From a virus (Duplodnaviria > Caudoviricetes), in the IMG/VR virus record IMGVR_UViG_3300042307_000844: 64,000 nt of DNA. One strand, written 5' to 3'. The notes under the pieces are model-generated. The model was given only the letters and a program-made list of their open reading frames with translations. It was not told the DNA's origin and did no database searches. The position numbers were made by a program, and so were the translations under genes. Position 1 is the stretch's first letter. Each line of letters begins with the position of its first letter. Of this stretch, positions 17,275-27,765 are shown one piece after another.

Positions 17275-18912
17275 ATGAACTTTGATGATTTGTATAATTT
17301 AGTGGTGGAAGCAAAAGGAACCAAGCCGGGGGAAAGAGTATTCAACGCCCAACAAGCGGCTGGACCATCTGGTTTTTCGTCTTCTCCAATAGGCAAATCA
17401 AATTACAATCCGGTCAATAGAGACAGGGAAGGAAGACGAAAAACAATAGACCAGTATAAAGGAGAAAATTTAACGGATGTTATGAGTCTTTCAAGTTTTG
17501 CATCTTACGATCCCAATTCTCATATAACACCAGCCCATAACCCTAAAGATAAAGGTATGACAGATCAAGCCAATGTTATCAAGCTTTTAGGTAAATCTTT
17601 TCAACTTCTCAAGAATGATGATGTGTTTGCAGACCAAATGAAAGGTATTATGAAAGGATTTGAGAAAAATCGTCGTCAAATCTCCGCATATCAGGAAAGT
17701 GTGCTTAAAACCAAACCAAAACACATTGACAATCTTTGGGGAAAGATCAACAATCTTGCCACTATTATAAACAATCCAAAAAATAAAACTGAAAAGGATA
17801 TTGAGGATTTTAAGAAAGATTTAATAAAATTTAAGGCTATTCGTGATGAAGCACAATCTGAGTTAGATGATGTTTACGAATCCATTGAAAATGTTTCTCA
17901 AGAAAACGAGGAAATTAACGATAGCTATCTGGAACAAATGCTTGCAGTGATTCGTGACACTGCCAAAAGACTTTATAAAAAACAAGCCGAAGAAATCCTG
18001 TCAACTCCCGAAGAATCTCCGAAAAGAACGATACCTCTTCATGAATTGGATATTAATATGATTGAGAAAGAAGTTGCCAAGGATGCTCAAACACAGCTTC
18101 AACTTTTGGAAATGTTATTTTCAGATAATTCTGATATGAATCCTTTGGTTTTGTTCCTTGATATGCAGAAGCAGAATTATGATGAATATAAAAATAACTT
18201 CTTTGAAGCTAAAAGAGGGGATAATTACAGTATTTCCATTGAACAACTTTACAGAAGCTTGCCCCTGTTTAAAATGATTTCTTATTTTTATAATGTGATC
18301 ATGAAAAGTCCTGCGATTTCCCTCAATATGAAGCAAGCCAAACGTGCCAAGGCTCTTGGAGGAGGAGATGACATGATCCAGCGTTTGGAAGGTGTTAAAA
18401 ATGAAAAAGAATGGGAAGAAATTCGTCCCGATCTGCTTGTATATCTCAAAAAACAGAAAATTGACAAAGATCGTAAGAGAATGCTTACCGATCTAGCCAA
18501 AGGAAGATTCCAAGCCATCCGTGGTAGAGCCAATGCTGCAATCAAGCTCGTCACAGCCCTCAAAGCGGCAGCTATCACCGAGTCATTCGATGAATTGGCG
18601 AACAAATACGCATCCTCTTTCAACGTGGATTTGAATGATTTCATGATTGATCTTCAGGAAGTCGCCGTGTTTTTGGAAAAATCCAAGAAATGTGACGGTC
18701 CAACCAAAAAAGCCTCCAGTGATCGCAAGGGTAAAAAGTGGACTAAGTGTGCCAGACAACCAGATGGTTCTTATAAAAGGATTCATTGGGGAGAAGCTGG
18801 TGTAAGAGTTGGGAAGGATAATCCAAAACGCCGCAAATCATTCCGCGCACGGCATAAATGTTCTTCCGCTAAACCCGGATCACCCAAGGCTGCTGCTTGC
18901 TCCGACTGGTAA
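17275..18912 (+). CDS. Coiled-coil hypothetical virion protein with C-terminal basic Cys module
   Basis: N-terminal MNFDDLYNLVVE; C-terminal NPKRRKSFRARHKC...AACSDW; late box 5 nt upstream. Confidence 0.7.
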   Translation: MNFDDLYNLVVEAKGTKPGERVFNAQQAAGPSGFSSSPIGKSNYNPVNRDREGRRKTIDQYKGENLTDVMSLSSFASYDPNSHITPAHNPKDKGMTDQANVIKLLGKSFQLLKNDDVFADQMKGIMKGFEKNRRQISAYQESVLKTKPKHIDNLWGKINNLATIINNPKNKTEKDIEDFKKDLIKFKAIRDEAQSELDDVYESIENVSQENEEINDSYLEQMLAVIRDTAKRLYKKQAEEILSTPEESPKRTIPLHELDINMIEKEVAKDAQTQLQLLEMLFSDNSDMNPLVLFLDMQKQNYDEYKNNFFEAKRGDNYSISIEQLYRSLPLFKMISYFYNVIMKSPAISLNMKQAKRAKALGGGDDMIQRLEGVKNEKEWEEIRPDLLVYLKKQKIDKDRKRMLTDLAKGRFQAIRGRANAAIKLVTALKAAAITESFDELANKYASSFNVDLNDFMIDLQEVAVFLEKSKKCDGPTKKASSDRKGKKWTKCARQPDGSYKRIHWGEAGVRVGKDNPKRRKSFRARHKCSSAKPGSPKAAACSDW

Positions 18913-18916
18913 TCAT

Positions 18917-19402
18917 ATGAACATCAAAATCAAATCACTTCAAGCATCCAAGATTGATGAGGCATCGTTGAAAAATGACTATCTCTACAAAGATGTGTCA
19001 TTTGATTTGGAACCATCATATTCTTTCAACAACCAACTCAATCGTAAGGAGCAATTGAAGGATATTCGGGCTATTTTTGATGTGGAAGCCATCAAGACAA
19101 GCATTTCCAATGCATTCCTCACCTCCCCCGGTCAAAAGATACTCAATCCCCTCTTTGGCATTGATCTGAGACGATATCTGTTTGAACCCGTGGATGAATT
19201 CACAGCGGAAGACATTCAGGATGATATTGAAAGGAAATTACCCCGTTCGGAACCACGCATTGTCGTGAGAAACGTGAGTGTGGTGGGTAATGAGGATGAA
19301 CAGGAATATGATGTGTCCCTGCAAATTGATGTTCCATCTCTGGGTGTCAAGGGACTTTCCCTGAAATCGAAGTTGAATTCCACGGGTTATTCGATCATTT
19401 GA
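18917..19402 (+). CDS. gp25: Baseplate wedge subunit (T4 gp25-like)
   Basis: AIKTSISNAFLTSPGQKILNPLFGIDLRRYLFEP...LPRSEPRIVV; start moved to 18917. Confidence 0.88.
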   Translation: MNIKIKSLQASKIDEASLKNDYLYKDVSFDLEPSYSFNNQLNRKEQLKDIRAIFDVEAIKTSISNAFLTSPGQKILNPLFGIDLRRYLFEPVDEFTAEDIQDDIERKLPRSEPRIVVRNVSVVGNEDEQEYDVSLQIDVPSLGVKGLSLKSKLNSTGYSII

Positions 19403-20783
19403 AAAAACTCGACATTATACTTTGATAGTATTTGTCAAAGTGGGTGGATTCTTGAATACTATCTGTTGTTTCCGATAAAATATCACATAATTCTGAATGA
19501 AATGATTCTGTAAAAGTATCATCTTCTTCCCAATCTTCTCCAAAATATCCACGTTTTCCAAAATAGTTACGCAATTCATCAGAGATGTCACTACCACGCT
19601 CCGATTCCATTATAGATTCATAAATATCTGCTGGTATCATGGTGTTTGGGGCATTTTCAACAACCCATTCTGCATACTCCAAAGCCAAATAAGGATCGTC
19701 TGCTAGTAATTCATACACTTCATATGGGATATTTTCTAAATTGTTTTTCCATGACATCATATAAGTCATCGCAAAAAAAGGATGCTTCAAAACATTTTCA
19801 ATATCATCAAGCTTGTTGGCACTAAATTCTGGATAATAATCGGGATACTCATCATCAAATAACGTATCTCTGACTTTTTTATATCGTAATATCTCATTCG
19901 GTTTCAAATCATCCATTTGATAATCAGACAAATTAGGATTAATGTTGATATATTCGTTCCTAAGACCAGAATCCAATTGTTTCCAGATTACATCGTGAAG
20001 TGTATCATCGTAGTAATCCGAAAGAACTGCCGCTTTTTCTTTATGAGAAAATTTATTCCACAGTAACACCGCTTTATCAAAATCAACATCTGGATCATTG
20101 GTGTATGATGGTAATTGTTTTTTAAAATTTCTTTTTCTTTCTAAAAAATCTTTTTCCACGTTATCCAGTTCCTTATTAACCAATAATTTTTCATATTTCG
20201 TTAATTCTGGATATTTACGAACTATCTCGTTCCACCCACCTTCCACTTCTTTGGTATTATTATCTGCAAATGTCCAATCATATCCTCGTCTATTACGATC
20301 TAATACCATAATATGGTCAGTTGCGGTCTTAGGCTTCTTTTTAAAATAAATAAAATAAAACGTTGCCAAATCATTAAACCGATAATTTGAGAACATATTA
20401 CCACCTCCCGTTCTTGAGATACAGAAAGAGTATCCCTTTCCATATAACACACATTTATCTTGGGAATCCCCCCGATAGATCGTCACATTCTCATCATCAG
20501 CTACAATATCCTCCTGATTGGCAACCACATCTTTGGTTGGTGCTTTTTTCTTTTTAAATTCCGCCTTACCCTTTGCAGCATGGATCGCTTCCGTGAACTC
20601 TATCCACGATTTATATTGGAAAGGGTCTTTCTTTTGGAGAGCGTTCTTATATTTCTCAAAATCTTGTAATTCCCTACGGATTTCCTGTTCCGTGGCATCG
20701 TTCTGAAATTTCTTCACAATGTTACGGATCGCTCCTTCCGAGAACTCCAACATCAATCTACGATACTCCTTATCAAATTCCAT
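19395..20783 (-). CDS. Hypothetical protein, probable head-internal, inserted antisense between gp25 and gp6
   Basis: Start moved to MEFDKEYRRLMLE (20783), 5 nt after TTAAATA; contains FCISRTGGGNMFSNY. Confidence 0.7.
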   Translation of the reverse strand: MEFDKEYRRLMLEFSEGAIRNIVKKFQNDATEQEIRRELQDFEKYKNALQKKDPFQYKSWIEFTEAIHAAKGKAEFKKKKAPTKDVVANQEDIVADDENVTIYRGDSQDKCVLYGKGYSFCISRTGGGNMFSNYRFNDLATFYFIYFKKKPKTATDHIMVLDRNRRGYDWTFADNNTKEVEGGWNEIVRKYPELTKYEKLLVNKELDNVEKDFLERKRNFKKQLPSYTNDPDVDFDKAVLLWNKFSHKEKAAVLSDYYDDTLHDVIWKQLDSGLRNEYININPNLSDYQMDDLKPNEILRYKKVRDTLFDDEYPDYYPEFSANKLDDIENVLKHPFFAMTYMMSWKNNLENIPYEVYELLADDPYLALEYAEWVVENAPNTMIPADIYESIMESERGSDISDELRNYFGKRGYFGEDWEEDDTFTESFHSELCDILSETTDSIQESTHFDKYYQSIMSSFFK

Positions 20784-20788
20784 ATGAT

Positions 20789-20812
20789 TATTTAATATCA
20801 TCCACCTAAATA
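20789..20812. promoter_or_regulatory. Divergent pair of late promoter boxes (head-internal-like gene / gp6)
   Basis: Minus TTAAATA-ATCAT-ATG; plus CTAAATA-ATAACA-ATG. Confidence 0.75.
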
Positions 20813-20818
20813 ATAACA

Positions 20819-22627
20819 ATGAGTGATTCTCTTGAGTATAACCTGCCCAAAAACGCATACATCAACTTCGATGCGTTGTCCCTGAAAGATTTCATCATCC
20901 AACGGCTGAATGAGAATCCCAAATTCACGGATCAGAATTACGAGGGGAGCAATCTAGCTTCTTTCATCGACATCATCGCTTATAGTTACCACACCCTGCT
21001 TTTCTATTTGAATCAAACGGGATCGGAAGCTCTTTTCTCCCAGACATCTCTCTATGAGAACATGAACAAGATCGTGAACCTTGTGGGATACAATCCTACG
21101 GGCAAACAAACGTCTCTGGTTCCCGTCACCTGCACCGCCAGTGCCTCCCTAGCGGCTGGGAACTACACCCTCCGCAAGTATTCCTATTTCCTTGTCAATA
21201 ACATCCAATACACCATCCTGAACGATTTCTCCTTTGAGAAGACCACAAGCGGATCGGAGAAAATCGATTCCATTGAAAATAATCTCATTCTCTATCAGGG
21301 AACCGTTCAGGAATACCCGATTTACACAGCGGAGGGTAAGGAATTTGAAACCTTTCCGATTGTTGTTGATAATCTGGTGGATGAGAACGATGATCGTTTC
21401 ATTGCCCATGGCACTCTCGCTGTTTACGTGAAAGAAATCGGAGATGCAACTTGGTATGAATATGACGAGACTGACAACCTGTTTCTCACTCCTGATTCCG
21501 ATAGATACTATTCGGTTCGTCTCAATGAGAACGGGCATTATGAAATCAAATTTGGTAATAATGTGTTTGGTAAGAAACTTGCCGAGGGTGATCAGGTTGC
21601 CGTTTATTATCTCCTAAGCGATAATGACAAGGGTATTATCAGCAAGAATGTCATCAATGGCAACAAATTGTTCAATTTAAACACTTCTCAATTCACTCAG
21701 ATTTATAATGATGTAATTACTGTTGATCCTTCGTCCATCATTGACCTGACAAACAATGCAACTCTGAATTTCTCCAATACCGCCAATTCCACGGCAATTT
21801 CCGATGGGGAGACGGTGGATCAGATTCGCCAGAATGTTCCCAAGTATCTCAGTTCGCAGCTTAGGCTTGTGACAGAGATTGATTATGACACATATCTCAC
21901 TAAAAACCTTTCCAACGTGCTTCAATCGGTGGAAGTGGTGAACAATAAGAAGTTCATTGATGAATACATTGATTATTTCTATCGAATCTGTGTTGATCCC
22001 AATAAATCCAATAGGGTTATATTGAATCAGGTTAATTTTGCGGATTCCTGTGACTTCAACAATGTGAATATCTTCGTGGTTCCCAAGTTTGTGGTTCAAA
22101 CGGATGCAGAGTATCCCCCATTTCTCTCAAACAGCCTGAAAAACCTGATCATTGACTCCACATTTGATAAGAAGATGCTTAGTCACGAGGTTGTTCCCCG
22201 TGATCCAATCTATACGGCATTTGATATTGGGTATTCCGCTCAAGCAGCGAATAAGGATGTGTATTCCACCTCCAAATTGGAAATCGTTCGCACATCCAAT
22301 TCCAAGATTAACAAGGAGAACCTGAAAAAGCGTATTATCAACATTATTCTGGATTTCTTCAACCCTCTCAATAATTCTCTGGGTCAAAGGCTTGATCTTT
22401 CAGACCTGACATCCACAATTCTTGGATTGGAAGGTGTTGACAAGATCAGAACCCGCAATGGGAATGAGATATTCAATGGAATCTCCTTCATAAGCTGGAA
22501 TCCCGTCTATGAAGGTGTGGATGAAGAATTTGTGAACCAAACAACCACACTACCATTTTTCAAGTTCCCTTATTTTTACAGACCACAAACAATCGGAGAT
22601 AGAATCCTAATCACGGATAGCGAATGA
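20819..22627 (+). CDS. gp6: Baseplate wedge subunit (T4 gp6-like)
   Basis: NFDALSLKDFI...FTDQNYEGSNLASFIDIIAY...LVGYNP; YEIKFGNNVFGKKL; GETVDQIRQNVP...RLVTEIDY. Confidence 0.9.
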   Translation: MSDSLEYNLPKNAYINFDALSLKDFIIQRLNENPKFTDQNYEGSNLASFIDIIAYSYHTLLFYLNQTGSEALFSQTSLYENMNKIVNLVGYNPTGKQTSLVPVTCTASASLAAGNYTLRKYSYFLVNNIQYTILNDFSFEKTTSGSEKIDSIENNLILYQGTVQEYPIYTAEGKEFETFPIVVDNLVDENDDRFIAHGTLAVYVKEIGDATWYEYDETDNLFLTPDSDRYYSVRLNENGHYEIKFGNNVFGKKLAEGDQVAVYYLLSDNDKGIISKNVINGNKLFNLNTSQFTQIYNDVITVDPSSIIDLTNNATLNFSNTANSTAISDGETVDQIRQNVPKYLSSQLRLVTEIDYDTYLTKNLSNVLQSVEVVNNKKFIDEYIDYFYRICVDPNKSNRVILNQVNFADSCDFNNVNIFVVPKFVVQTDAEYPPFLSNSLKNLIIDSTFDKKMLSHEVVPRDPIYTAFDIGYSAQAANKDVYSTSKLEIVRTSNSKINKENLKKRIINIILDFFNPLNNSLGQRLDLSDLTSTILGLEGVDKIRTRNGNEIFNGISFISWNPVYEGVDEEFVNQTTTLPFFKFPYFYRPQTIGDRILITDSE

Positions 22628-24705
22628 GCAGCTTTGGCGATATAGAATTTAGTGTTCTGGATTGGAAGAACGAAAATGTGTTGAGTTCCTATGCTCTGGA
22701 ACAGACACCGCTTCGGTTCGTTCCCGATCTGGATGATTTCAGCTATGTTCGGGTCTTGTGGGACTTTGGAGATGGAACCATTTCCAGTTCTTTGACGGCA
22801 GAGAAGTATTGGGAAAATCCCGGCAAATATGTCGTCAATTTCACCCTCTATGATTGCTATTCCAATGCGGTGATTTCCACGGAATACAAGATCATTCACA
22901 TTATTGATTATCTCAAGCACACATTCACCGTGGATTTTGACAGTCCTACCTACTATGACAATATATCATGGAAATGTGGTAAGATCAGCGATCCCATCAC
23001 AATCAGAGCATATTATCCTCCAACCATTCCAACCACAAGCCTGTTCTACCGCATAAGCGGTAGCAACAGCGATTATTATTTCGATGAATTGACAAAATTT
23101 CGTCATTTGGATAAGACATATGCTTTTCATGAGAAGATTTACAACAATTACCTCTCAAGCTATCAATATCAGGAAATTGACCGCATCACCACGGATAACA
23201 CTTCGATCTATGCCAAAATATCGGGAACCAATCTGATAGGTGCCACGGAATCTGATAATAATTCGTTTTTTGTTGGGGTATCGGGAACCAAGGATATTCA
23301 TTTCAAGGATGATTCCATCAATCGGATCAACATTGATCTGTTTTTTGATAGAAGTGTGGAATATCTCAATAATCGGAACAATACCAAAATTTCACTATCA
23401 GCCCTTATCGTGGATAATGATGAGGTGGAGGATTTATCAATCACCAGTAATGGATTGGATGGGGAATTCTATGAAATTGATTCTTTTAAAATTGATGGTA
23501 GAAAATTCTCCCATGTGGACATACCATTTGTTATAAAAATCAAGGATTCGGAGAATTTCAGCGTCAAGAACTTTCCCCTGCTTTCCGCTTCCGATGTCAA
23601 TGTTCTGGTATTATCGGGGGGAGACGTAGTAAATTCTTCCTATTATGAATTGGAAGATGTGGGAGCTTATTATGGTTCCGCCAGAGGTAAGATAAAATTA
23701 AAAACGAACGATGTTTTACACTATGTTCAGTTGAGTGCAAACCTGTCCACAACCAATGATCAGGGGAGTTCATATTCCTTGGTAGGAATCACCGACTACT
23801 TCGATGTGTATCCCAAAAATTACGTTTCCATTGAAAAGAGAAATGAAGATTTTGATGCCCAAGAGACATTCAAGGGTTTAAGATTCCAAGAATTCCTCTT
23901 GGATAAGACGGTATTATTTGACGATTTCATGGGATCGGTGTTTGGAACCCTAAGTTCTTCCTATGACACTCTTGGTAAGAAAATCTATGAAAAGATTACC
24001 AATTTCGTGGAAAACACCCAAGATGTGGACAGAGGTGAAATATTCTCCCTGATTTCCCAGATGAAAATGACGGGGGTTGATAATGATGTGTTTGAATCCA
24101 ACCTTTTCACATATCCGGAGAAAATCAAGCGTATTCTGGACTTGGGATCGATCAGCAAGAACAAATTGATTGGATTTAATAACAAATTTAAGGAGAATTT
24201 TGATATCAAGGGATTTTCTTCCAAGGAAATCTTCGGAACAAATCTGGGAACGGAGATCAACACCGATACCTACATCATATCGGCGGGAACCCCCATTGTG
24301 GCTCTGGAAAAGTTCTCCAACCGCTATGTGTTGCTGAATACTGAACAACCCGTGGAAGAAACCGTGTTGAGTGCTTACATGTTATCGGGATACAATGCAA
24401 ATTGGGGTTGGCCTCTGGTTCTTCCCGACACCTACCAATATTCCGATCTGGAGAAGTATTATTTATTCTTTGAATATCAGACGGGATATGAAAACACCCT
24501 TGTTGATAATACGATTGTATATGACTACACCCTTTATGATAATCTCTCATCCAAACATGTATTAAGGGATGAAGATGGGGAACCCATACTCACCGAAACA
24601 TCTCAACCAATCTTTGAGGAATTTGATTTCAATTATAATTCTGAAATGATGAACATTTCTTTGCGAGATATGTTATACTCTTCCTTATCACTGTATCATC
24701 TCTAA
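22624..24705 (+). CDS. Virion structural protein with N-terminal PKD-like domain (baseplate/tail)
   Basis: VLWDFGDGT...YWENPGKYVVNFTL PKD signature; coupled to gp6. Confidence 0.7.
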   Translation: MSSFGDIEFSVLDWKNENVLSSYALEQTPLRFVPDLDDFSYVRVLWDFGDGTISSSLTAEKYWENPGKYVVNFTLYDCYSNAVISTEYKIIHIIDYLKHTFTVDFDSPTYYDNISWKCGKISDPITIRAYYPPTIPTTSLFYRISGSNSDYYFDELTKFRHLDKTYAFHEKIYNNYLSSYQYQEIDRITTDNTSIYAKISGTNLIGATESDNNSFFVGVSGTKDIHFKDDSINRINIDLFFDRSVEYLNNRNNTKISLSALIVDNDEVEDLSITSNGLDGEFYEIDSFKIDGRKFSHVDIPFVIKIKDSENFSVKNFPLLSASDVNVLVLSGGDVVNSSYYELEDVGAYYGSARGKIKLKTNDVLHYVQLSANLSTTNDQGSSYSLVGITDYFDVYPKNYVSIEKRNEDFDAQETFKGLRFQEFLLDKTVLFDDFMGSVFGTLSSSYDTLGKKIYEKITNFVENTQDVDRGEIFSLISQMKMTGVDNDVFESNLFTYPEKIKRILDLGSISKNKLIGFNNKFKENFDIKGFSSKEIFGTNLGTEINTDTYIISAGTPIVALEKFSNRYVLLNTEQPVEETVLSAYMLSGYNANWGWPLVLPDTYQYSDLEKYYLFFEYQTGYENTLVDNTIVYDYTLYDNLSSKHVLRDEDGEPILTETSQPIFEEFDFNYNSEMMNISLRDMLYSSLSLYHL

Positions 24706-24708
24706 ATA
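24702..24708 (+). promoter_or_regulatory. Late promoter box
   Basis: CTAAATA-ATACCA-ATG. Confidence 0.65.
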
Positions 24709-24714
24709 ATACCA

Positions 24715-27279
24715 ATGACTCTAGCATCATTAGGTTATCCAAACATTCCCAAGTCCATCACCAATCCAAATGTGGTGGTTCGTGATGCTCTGGATGCGAA
24801 TACATCCCTTTCGTTCCTACAATTCATCAAAACGATGGATGTGTCTTTCAATCCTTCAAAAAATCAGGATTATTACACGGCATATCTCAAATCTTGGAAT
24901 TTTGTGAAGAATACCAAGACTGCGGATGATAATTCCGTGATCATCGAAAGGTATCGGGAATTCATTCAGGATGTCAATCTAGAATACACCACTTTAGAGG
25001 AGCAGAAGTTCCTTTCCAAGCTGGATTTCAACGATCCCCTTGATCTTGATATTGCCATTCCGTTTTATTCCCGCAAATTAATTGAAATTTCGGAATATTA
25101 TAATAAAAAACGGGAAGAAGCCAAGTTTCAGATCACCAAGAAGAGAATTTCAGGAACAAATTTTGGATTGACCAAGGATATCAAAGATATTACCATAAAT
25201 TATTTGGAAAATCTTGATAACAGAAAGATCAATTATGACTTTTCCAATCTGAAAAACGATTTGGAGGTGGAAATCGAGGAGTTGTATGAAACATATCCTG
25301 AATACTTCAATCAAACACCGAATGTTCAGATATATGATAACAAGGATTTGGATTATGGGCTGGATATTTTCCTCAAAACCAATGCAGAACTCATTCCCGA
25401 AGTATTTGCTGGGGTATCCGCTTCACTGATTGAATTGAAAGAAGGGAACTCCTTACTGGATAACAAGAGAAAATTAACGGAGAAATACATTTCTTCCAAT
25501 TATTATTATCTTTCCACGGGTTCCACTGTATATGACTTCATTTCGGGTAAGATGTTGGATGCTGATAATCCAGCAGCTTCCTTTTTCAACACGAAATATC
25601 CCACAACAGCTTCCACTCAGAGAAAAGAATTCACAACACCTGTGGAAATGGGGTTCTTTCGCCCCCACAAGCTATCCATTATTTTGATTGATGGGGAAAT
25701 ACCTTCATATTCCTTCAATTTTGATAATCTAGAACCCAATACCATCTACTATTTTCCTGATCCTGATATCAGGGGTAATAATGATGGTATTCTAACATTC
25801 GTAAACAACGATTTATTCCTGAAACGCAATGATTCTTCGGGGAAAGCCAAAAATCAACCGATTAGTAATAAAAGCGATTCCCAATATTACGGTTATATCT
25901 CCCAAACGGAGACGACACCTTCAAAATATCTGGATAAAGTGTTTGAATCGGGTTACATTCAGGATTCCAAGGAGGATATCTATAACAATCTCTATGGTTT
26001 GTTTAAAAATGATGGGAGTTTCAAGCAAACCATCAAGGTAATACCAGAAACAGAGAAACAATATATCATTCTAGATGGACATACCTTCTACGATTTCAAA
26101 TATGGGGAAGGATATGCCTTTGATTATTCAACGGTTGATGATTCCACCTTTCCATATACCACAAGATCGGGGTTATCTTCACACACGGGAGGATTTACCA
26201 CCGATTTCTCCCGCCATTACATTCTGTTCGGAGGAAAATTTACGGATAATTTCACATATCCTCCCGATTTTTATCCAATTTGTCAAATTCTGGAAGGTTA
26301 TAATGTTTTCCGCAATGGAGTTCTCGTAACCGATACCATTTCATCCGATTTGAGTGGGTATCCTCTCAGTGGCACTTACTATTACTCCCGTTTGATTGAG
26401 GGGGGTATCCACGACTCATCCCCCCTTCAAAGAGCATTGGTTGATCCTTCATATCCAACTTTAACTGCGAATGCAACCCAAGAAATTGTTCCTGATGAAG
26501 TGAATACATTCATGATTGATGGGGGTAAGGCAACCAATTCGTTGTGTGATATCCAATTTCAATTCCCATCTATCTATTACGATCCCACGGTATTGCAATC
26601 CAGTGTTTACAATCTTTCATCTTCCCCAACTGAGAATTACTTCACAAGGTTGTCGTCACATGGCACGATCTATGTTAGGAATGCATACACCAAAGAGGTT
26701 AAATCACTTCAAACAACCTTCAGTTACCTCTCAACAACCCTGTTGAGTTCTGTTTATAACGAATTATCGGGTGTTTCCTCATTCGAAGTGGTGGGAGACA
26801 CCATATTCATCCAAACCGATAACAATCTAATCGCTAAAAAAATCCTTTTTGACAATGGAGCTTTTGTAAATCCCAAGAAATCCACATATGTCACATCATT
26901 CAATGATAATCCTTACCAAAAAGTGTCCAAACGATTCAAGAAAAAAGATAAGGTGTATTACGCAAGATTGGATGTTGAGACTTATCCAGTGGTGAGTAAC
27001 GATTTCAAAATATATCCAACAATTTATGAGATTGATACCACGAAACACATCAAAAAAATCTATTCTGTAGGGGGATTGACCAACTTCTACACGGTGTCAG
27101 GAGGATCGGAAGCATACATCAAGGCAGAGGAACCAATGTTCACCTATGATAATCGCTCCGATCAATATAACATATCATTCCTCATGAAAACCGTGGGCAA
27201 CCAATTCATCATTCAGGAATTTGATTTCAAATTGAATCCGTTCTCCATGATTAACCATAAGCAAATCAAACAACGATGA
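24715..27279 (+). CDS. Large virion structural protein (baseplate/tail region)
   Basis: 854-aa ORF in the structural run; CTAAATA 6 nt upstream. Confidence 0.65.
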   Translation: MTLASLGYPNIPKSITNPNVVVRDALDANTSLSFLQFIKTMDVSFNPSKNQDYYTAYLKSWNFVKNTKTADDNSVIIERYREFIQDVNLEYTTLEEQKFLSKLDFNDPLDLDIAIPFYSRKLIEISEYYNKKREEAKFQITKKRISGTNFGLTKDIKDITINYLENLDNRKINYDFSNLKNDLEVEIEELYETYPEYFNQTPNVQIYDNKDLDYGLDIFLKTNAELIPEVFAGVSASLIELKEGNSLLDNKRKLTEKYISSNYYYLSTGSTVYDFISGKMLDADNPAASFFNTKYPTTASTQRKEFTTPVEMGFFRPHKLSIILIDGEIPSYSFNFDNLEPNTIYYFPDPDIRGNNDGILTFVNNDLFLKRNDSSGKAKNQPISNKSDSQYYGYISQTETTPSKYLDKVFESGYIQDSKEDIYNNLYGLFKNDGSFKQTIKVIPETEKQYIILDGHTFYDFKYGEGYAFDYSTVDDSTFPYTTRSGLSSHTGGFTTDFSRHYILFGGKFTDNFTYPPDFYPICQILEGYNVFRNGVLVTDTISSDLSGYPLSGTYYYSRLIEGGIHDSSPLQRALVDPSYPTLTANATQEIVPDEVNTFMIDGGKATNSLCDIQFQFPSIYYDPTVLQSSVYNLSSSPTENYFTRLSSHGTIYVRNAYTKEVKSLQTTFSYLSTTLLSSVYNELSGVSSFEVVGDTIFIQTDNNLIAKKILFDNGAFVNPKKSTYVTSFNDNPYQKVSKRFKKKDKVYYARLDVETYPVVSNDFKIYPTIYEIDTTKHIKKIYSVGGLTNFYTVSGGSEAYIKAEEPMFTYDNRSDQYNISFLMKTVGNQFIIQEFDFKLNPFSMINHKQIKQR

Positions 27280-27761
27280 ACACCAAATTCCTATCCTTGT
27301 CTTCAACAAACACCAACCAAACCACAACCTATTCAACAATAGGTGTGGTTGATCATACCTTGTTGACATTATCTTTATCGGGAGTCACTGAACGAATTTT
27401 TCCCACACACCTAACCATTGATTGGGGAGATAATGTGGAAGATTTCTTTGAAAATGATATACTACAGAATCAAAACATTGCATCCAACGTGTTTTCATCT
27501 CTTCTGATGACCACCTACACACACGAATACTTCCCATCTGTCATCTCCACAAGTCAAACACTGACAGCGACGGTTTCCTTATATTATACCAATACTGATA
27601 TATCAACTTTTACATTACCTTTATCCATCACCAACTATGATTATGCGACATCAGTGGGAGATGTTAAGCTTGTAAATACCGTTTATTTACAGAGCGGTTC
27701 AAAGATGCATCAATTGGTGACTAATGAAGGTGGTTATCTATTGGAATTACTCATTAAATAA
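27276..27761 (+). CDS. Virion structural protein, Ser/Thr-rich beta-sandwich
   Basis: LTIDWGD PKD-like motif; overlapping start/stop with the previous gene. Confidence 0.6.
   Translation: MNTKFLSLSSTNTNQTTTYSTIGVVDHTLLTLSLSGVTERIFPTHLTIDWGDNVEDFFENDILQNQNIASNVFSSLLMTTYTHEYFPSVISTSQTLTATVSLYYTNTDISTFTLPLSITNYDYATSVGDVKLVNTVYLQSGSKMHQLVTNEGGYLLELLIK
27754..27760 (+). promoter_or_regulatory. Late promoter box
   Basis: TTAAATA-ATCTT-GTG. Confidence 0.65.
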
Positions 27762-27765
27762 TCTT

